NCBI GenBank assembly: GCA_903941095.1
Contig: CAJANN010000226.1
Location: forward strand, 374-64,373
Length of the DNA stretch: 64,000 bases
Source of the DNA: an uncultured Rhodospirillaceae bacterium
GTDB taxonomy: Bacteria > Pseudomonadota > Alphaproteobacteria > Rhodospirillales > Magnetospirillaceae
Reading direction: 5' to 3'
This document shows, one piece after another, positions 61,805-64,000 of the stretch. How positions within the stretch are numbered: the stretch's first letter is position 1; each line of letters begins with the position of its first letter. A model generated the notes under the pieces. The model made no database searches. It was not told where the DNA came from and saw only the letters and a list, made by a program, of their open reading frames with translations. The position numbers and the translations under genes are program-made.

Positions 61805-62623
61805 TCAGGCTTCCAGGCAGCGCAGGGACACCACGCCGACCGGATCGACGAGCGCGGCGCCCTGGCTCATCATGTTGTTGCAGAACCAGGCGGCGCGATC
61901 GCCGTGATAGGTGATCTCGCTCTTGACCTCGGCGCCCACCGCATGGGCCACCGCGGTCTTGTGGTACCAGTAGCAGTGACGGACGCCGCCGGACTTGGTC
62001 AGGCCGGAATGGGGCATCCACAGGGTGCCCAGCCAGTGCTTGGCCTGGGTGCCCTTCCACGGCAGGTCGTCGTTGCCGATATAGTCGGAATCGGCGAACT
62101 CGGGGATCTGCAGCAGGTCCGACCATTGCTTCCAGCCGACCACGGCGGTGCGCTCGCCGTCGTCGGGAACGTCGGCCTCGCCCAGCATCTCGAAGGCGGC
62201 CAGCACCTTGTCCTTGGTCAGGGCGGTGCTGCCGTCCAGGGCGTAGTTGGTGGATTTGTCCAGCTCGGCGATGATCAGTTCGTCGGTCTTGCGGCCCAGG
62301 GCATAGGCGCCGGCATTGACCAGGACGGCGCGCTCGTCGTGTTCGACCTTCAGGTCGTCCAGCTTGTCCAGCCAGTCGCCGGCGTAATAATCGTACAGCT
62401 GGCATTCGACCGAGGCGTGGTCGACGTTCATCACCGGCACCTTGCCGTGGCGGGCCTTGGTGCTGGCGGCGCCTTTGCCGACCTTCGAGAAGACGGCGAT
62501 GGCGCCGGTGACGTTGTTGCGGCTGCGCACGGTGTTGCGCAGCTTGGTGCCCTGCCGCTGATAGGCGGCGTGGACCTGGGCTCCGTAATCCTTGGAATAG
62601 GTGCTGATGACGGATGTGGACAT
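61805..62623 (-). CDS. Major capsid protein (BPP-1/podovirus-like, HK97 fold)
   Basis: MSTSVISTYSKDYGAQVHAAYQRQGTKLRNTV, AYALGRKTDELII, WLGTLWMPHSGL; RBS aaagg upstream of ATG 62623. Confidence 0.85.
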   Translation of the reverse strand: MSTSVISTYSKDYGAQVHAAYQRQGTKLRNTVRSRNNVTGAIAVFSKVGKGAASTKARHGKVPVMNVDHASVECQLYDYYAGDWLDKLDDLKVEHDERAVLVNAGAYALGRKTDELIIAELDKSTNYALDGSTALTKDKVLAAFEMLGEADVPDDGERTAVVGWKQWSDLLQIPEFADSDYIGNDDLPWKGTQAKHWLGTLWMPHSGLTKSGGVRHCYWYHKTAVAHAVGAEVKSEITYHGDRAAWFCNNMMSQGAALVDPVGVVSLRCLEA

Positions 62624-63002
62624 GTCGGTTTCCTTTGCGACGATGACGACGTGACGCCCGCTTCGGGCGGTTGCGGCCGGGGTCCCGGGTGATCCGGGCC
62701 GCCGTCCGGAGGCGGGCGGGCAGCCGCCGCCGGGCCGGGACGATGCCTGCGGGCATCGGTCCTGCGGTTGTCCGGCAGGCGGAATCGGGTGCGGTCCAGG
62801 CTCCCGCCCCGTGCGGAAGGGAGACGCACAGGGCGGGAGCGGCCGGCGCTCGACGGACGCACAAGGTGGCCCGGAGCTGCCGGACCTCGCGGACAGAGGG
62901 ATTTCAGCGAAAATTCTCTCTGTCGCGAGCCGGGAAAACGGATATGATCGGATATCGGGCGAGGGTCGCCCGCGGGCCACTCAGGGAAGCAGCGATACGG
63001 TC

Positions 63003-63695
63003 ATGAATCAGGTCGAAACAGCGGTGCGCATTTCCGGCACTCAACGCACCGAACGCATCGAGGCACGGGCCAACGCCCTGCTCGGCGATTGCCGGCGGGC
63101 TTTCCACGCGTTCGGCGAACTCGACGAACTGGCTGAAAACCTGCGCATCCTGTCCCTGAACGCCGAACTGGCGGCCGGCCGTGCCGGCGACAAGGGCCGG
63201 GCCGTGCGGGCTCTGACCCAGTACACCCGCGAGCTGGTCAACCGTCTGGCCCAGATCCGCGGCGAGATGAACCAGCTGCGTCTGCGCACCGACACCCTGT
63301 CGGAAAAGATCGAGGACGAGCTGAAGCAGCTGCGCGCCCTGGAGGAATCCTCGGCCGGCGGTTCGGAAAGCGCCGCCTTCGCCGAAATGATGCGGTCGCT
63401 GGTCGACAAGCTCGACGATCTGTCGACCAACGTCGAGGAACTGTCGCGCCGTGCGCACGGCGTCGAGGAGGTGGTCAGCCAGTCGGACTCGATCGCCACC
63501 AACATCGCCATCGAGGCCGCCGCCGCTGGCGTCCACGAAAAAGAATTCCGTACGGTGTCCGATACCATGCGCCGCTATGTCGACAATCTGCGGACCATGA
63601 TCGACGACGCTTCGGACGCCGTCCGCCGGGCCCTGGAAAAGGTCGATTCCCTGCGCCGTCTGGGCATCGAGAACCTGCAAAGCCTGCGCGGCTGA
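63003..63695 (+). CDS. Soluble MCP-signalling-domain-like coiled-coil protein
   Basis: LSLNAELAAGRAGDKGRA and IATNIAIEAAAAG...EFRTVS, two MCP hairpin-tip-like motifs; no TM. Confidence 0.75.
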   Translation: MNQVETAVRISGTQRTERIEARANALLGDCRRAFHAFGELDELAENLRILSLNAELAAGRAGDKGRAVRALTQYTRELVNRLAQIRGEMNQLRLRTDTLSEKIEDELKQLRALEESSAGGSESAAFAEMMRSLVDKLDDLSTNVEELSRRAHGVEEVVSQSDSIATNIAIEAAAAGVHEKEFRTVSDTMRRYVDNLRTMIDDASDAVRRALEKVDSLRRLGIENLQSLRG

Positions 63696-63717
63696 TCCGT
63701 TGCCGCAAGAGGGAACG

Positions 63718-63753
63718 GCAAACGGCCCCGGAAGATTTTCCGGGGCCGTTTGC
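63718..63753. terminator. Strong hairpin/probable intrinsic terminator
   Basis: gcaaacggccccggaa-gatt-ttccggggccgtttgc, 16-bp perfect stem. Confidence 0.8.
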
Positions 63754-63789
63754 TTGCCCGGACGGCGGGCGCAGCCAGGGTAGTGATAA

Positions 63790-63823
63790 GAACGTATATA
63801 GAACATTTTCCCGCCGCCGTCAA
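63790..63823 (-). promoter_or_regulatory. sigma70 promoter overlapped by an alphaproteobacterial LexA (SOS) box
   Basis: Minus strand TTGACG-N17-TATATA (63823-63795); GAAC-N7-GAAC (GAACGTATATAGAAC, 63790-63804) covers the -10. Confidence 0.75.
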
Positions 63824-63847
63824 GGCCTCGAATCACCCTGGCTTATG

Positions 63848-63941
63848 TCATGTCGGCCTCAATCGCCGGCGGGGGGCCGCCGCCGCCTTCCTCGCTTTCC
63901 CTCCGGGGCTCCGCCCCTCCGGCCGCGGCGGCGCCCTCAAG
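63848..63941. repeat. Dispersed ~95-100 bp intergenic repeat, copy 2
   Basis: Homologous to 34476-34575. Confidence 0.9.
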
Positions 63942-63952
63942 CGGCGGGGCGG

Positions 63953-64000
63953 TCAGTCGCCGTAGATCCGGCGGACGCCGGCCGAGACCTTGTCGATGAA
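63953..64000 (-). CDS. C-terminal end of a gene entering the window; candidate capsid scaffolding protein
   Basis: ...FIDKVSAGVRRIYGD-stop; resembles the C-terminal capsid-binding helix of podoviral scaffolds. Only 15 residues are visible. Confidence 0.4.
   Translation of the reverse strand, partial: FIDKVSAGVRRIYGD

Noticed and set aside
62624-62980. 119-aa N-terminal extension of the capsid ORF as a fused scaffold or protease
   Set aside because: Pro/Arg/Gly-rich read-through of a hairpin-rich leader; a good RBS and capsid-like N-terminus occur at 62623.
62900-63000. CtrA box upstream of the capsid gene, as for RcGTA regulation
   Set aside because: No TTAA-N7-TTAA match seen here.
57118-64000. 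Diversity-generating retroelement, expected from BPP-1 resemblance
   Set aside because: No reverse transcriptase and no template/variable repeat pair seen in the window.

Overview
GC-rich alphaproteobacterial chromosome segment; gene content and order (BLUF, hemerythrin, soluble and heme-c MCPs, ilvE-MarR-OmpR-EnvZ, DUF2336-GGDEF) suggest Rhodospirillaceae, Magnetospirillum-like (inference). The left edge is the end of a genomic island: an IS701 transposase and a P4-type tyrosine integrase next to tRNA-Ser(CGA). The core carries Pit/DUF47, rplY-pth-ychF, an ABC-2 transporter with a CobB/DsrN-like amidase, emrAB, tRNA-Leu(TAA), the liu leucine-catabolism operon, an MCP, ilvE, a two-component system, dapD-dapE, gltDB, a divergent UppP and a six-gene hydrogenase-related Ehr complex that lacks the Ni-binding motifs. 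A half-size sulfur-oxygenase-reductase-like protein follows. The main candidate system is at 53.7-64 kb: an intact, host-like, minus-strand podovirus-type (T7/BPP-1-like) cluster of capsid, small capsid-associated protein, tail adaptor, nozzle, tail fibre, terminase, endolysin and holin. In this window it has no recognisable ejection proteins and no replication or integration genes. It is separated from a probable scaffold gene by a host MCP-like gene. A near-consensus sigma70 promoter overlapped by an alphaproteobacterial LexA box points toward the capsid gene. This is a candidate domesticated, possibly SOS-linked, GTA-like particle system. All homology calls come from motif recognition by eye; no database searches were run.
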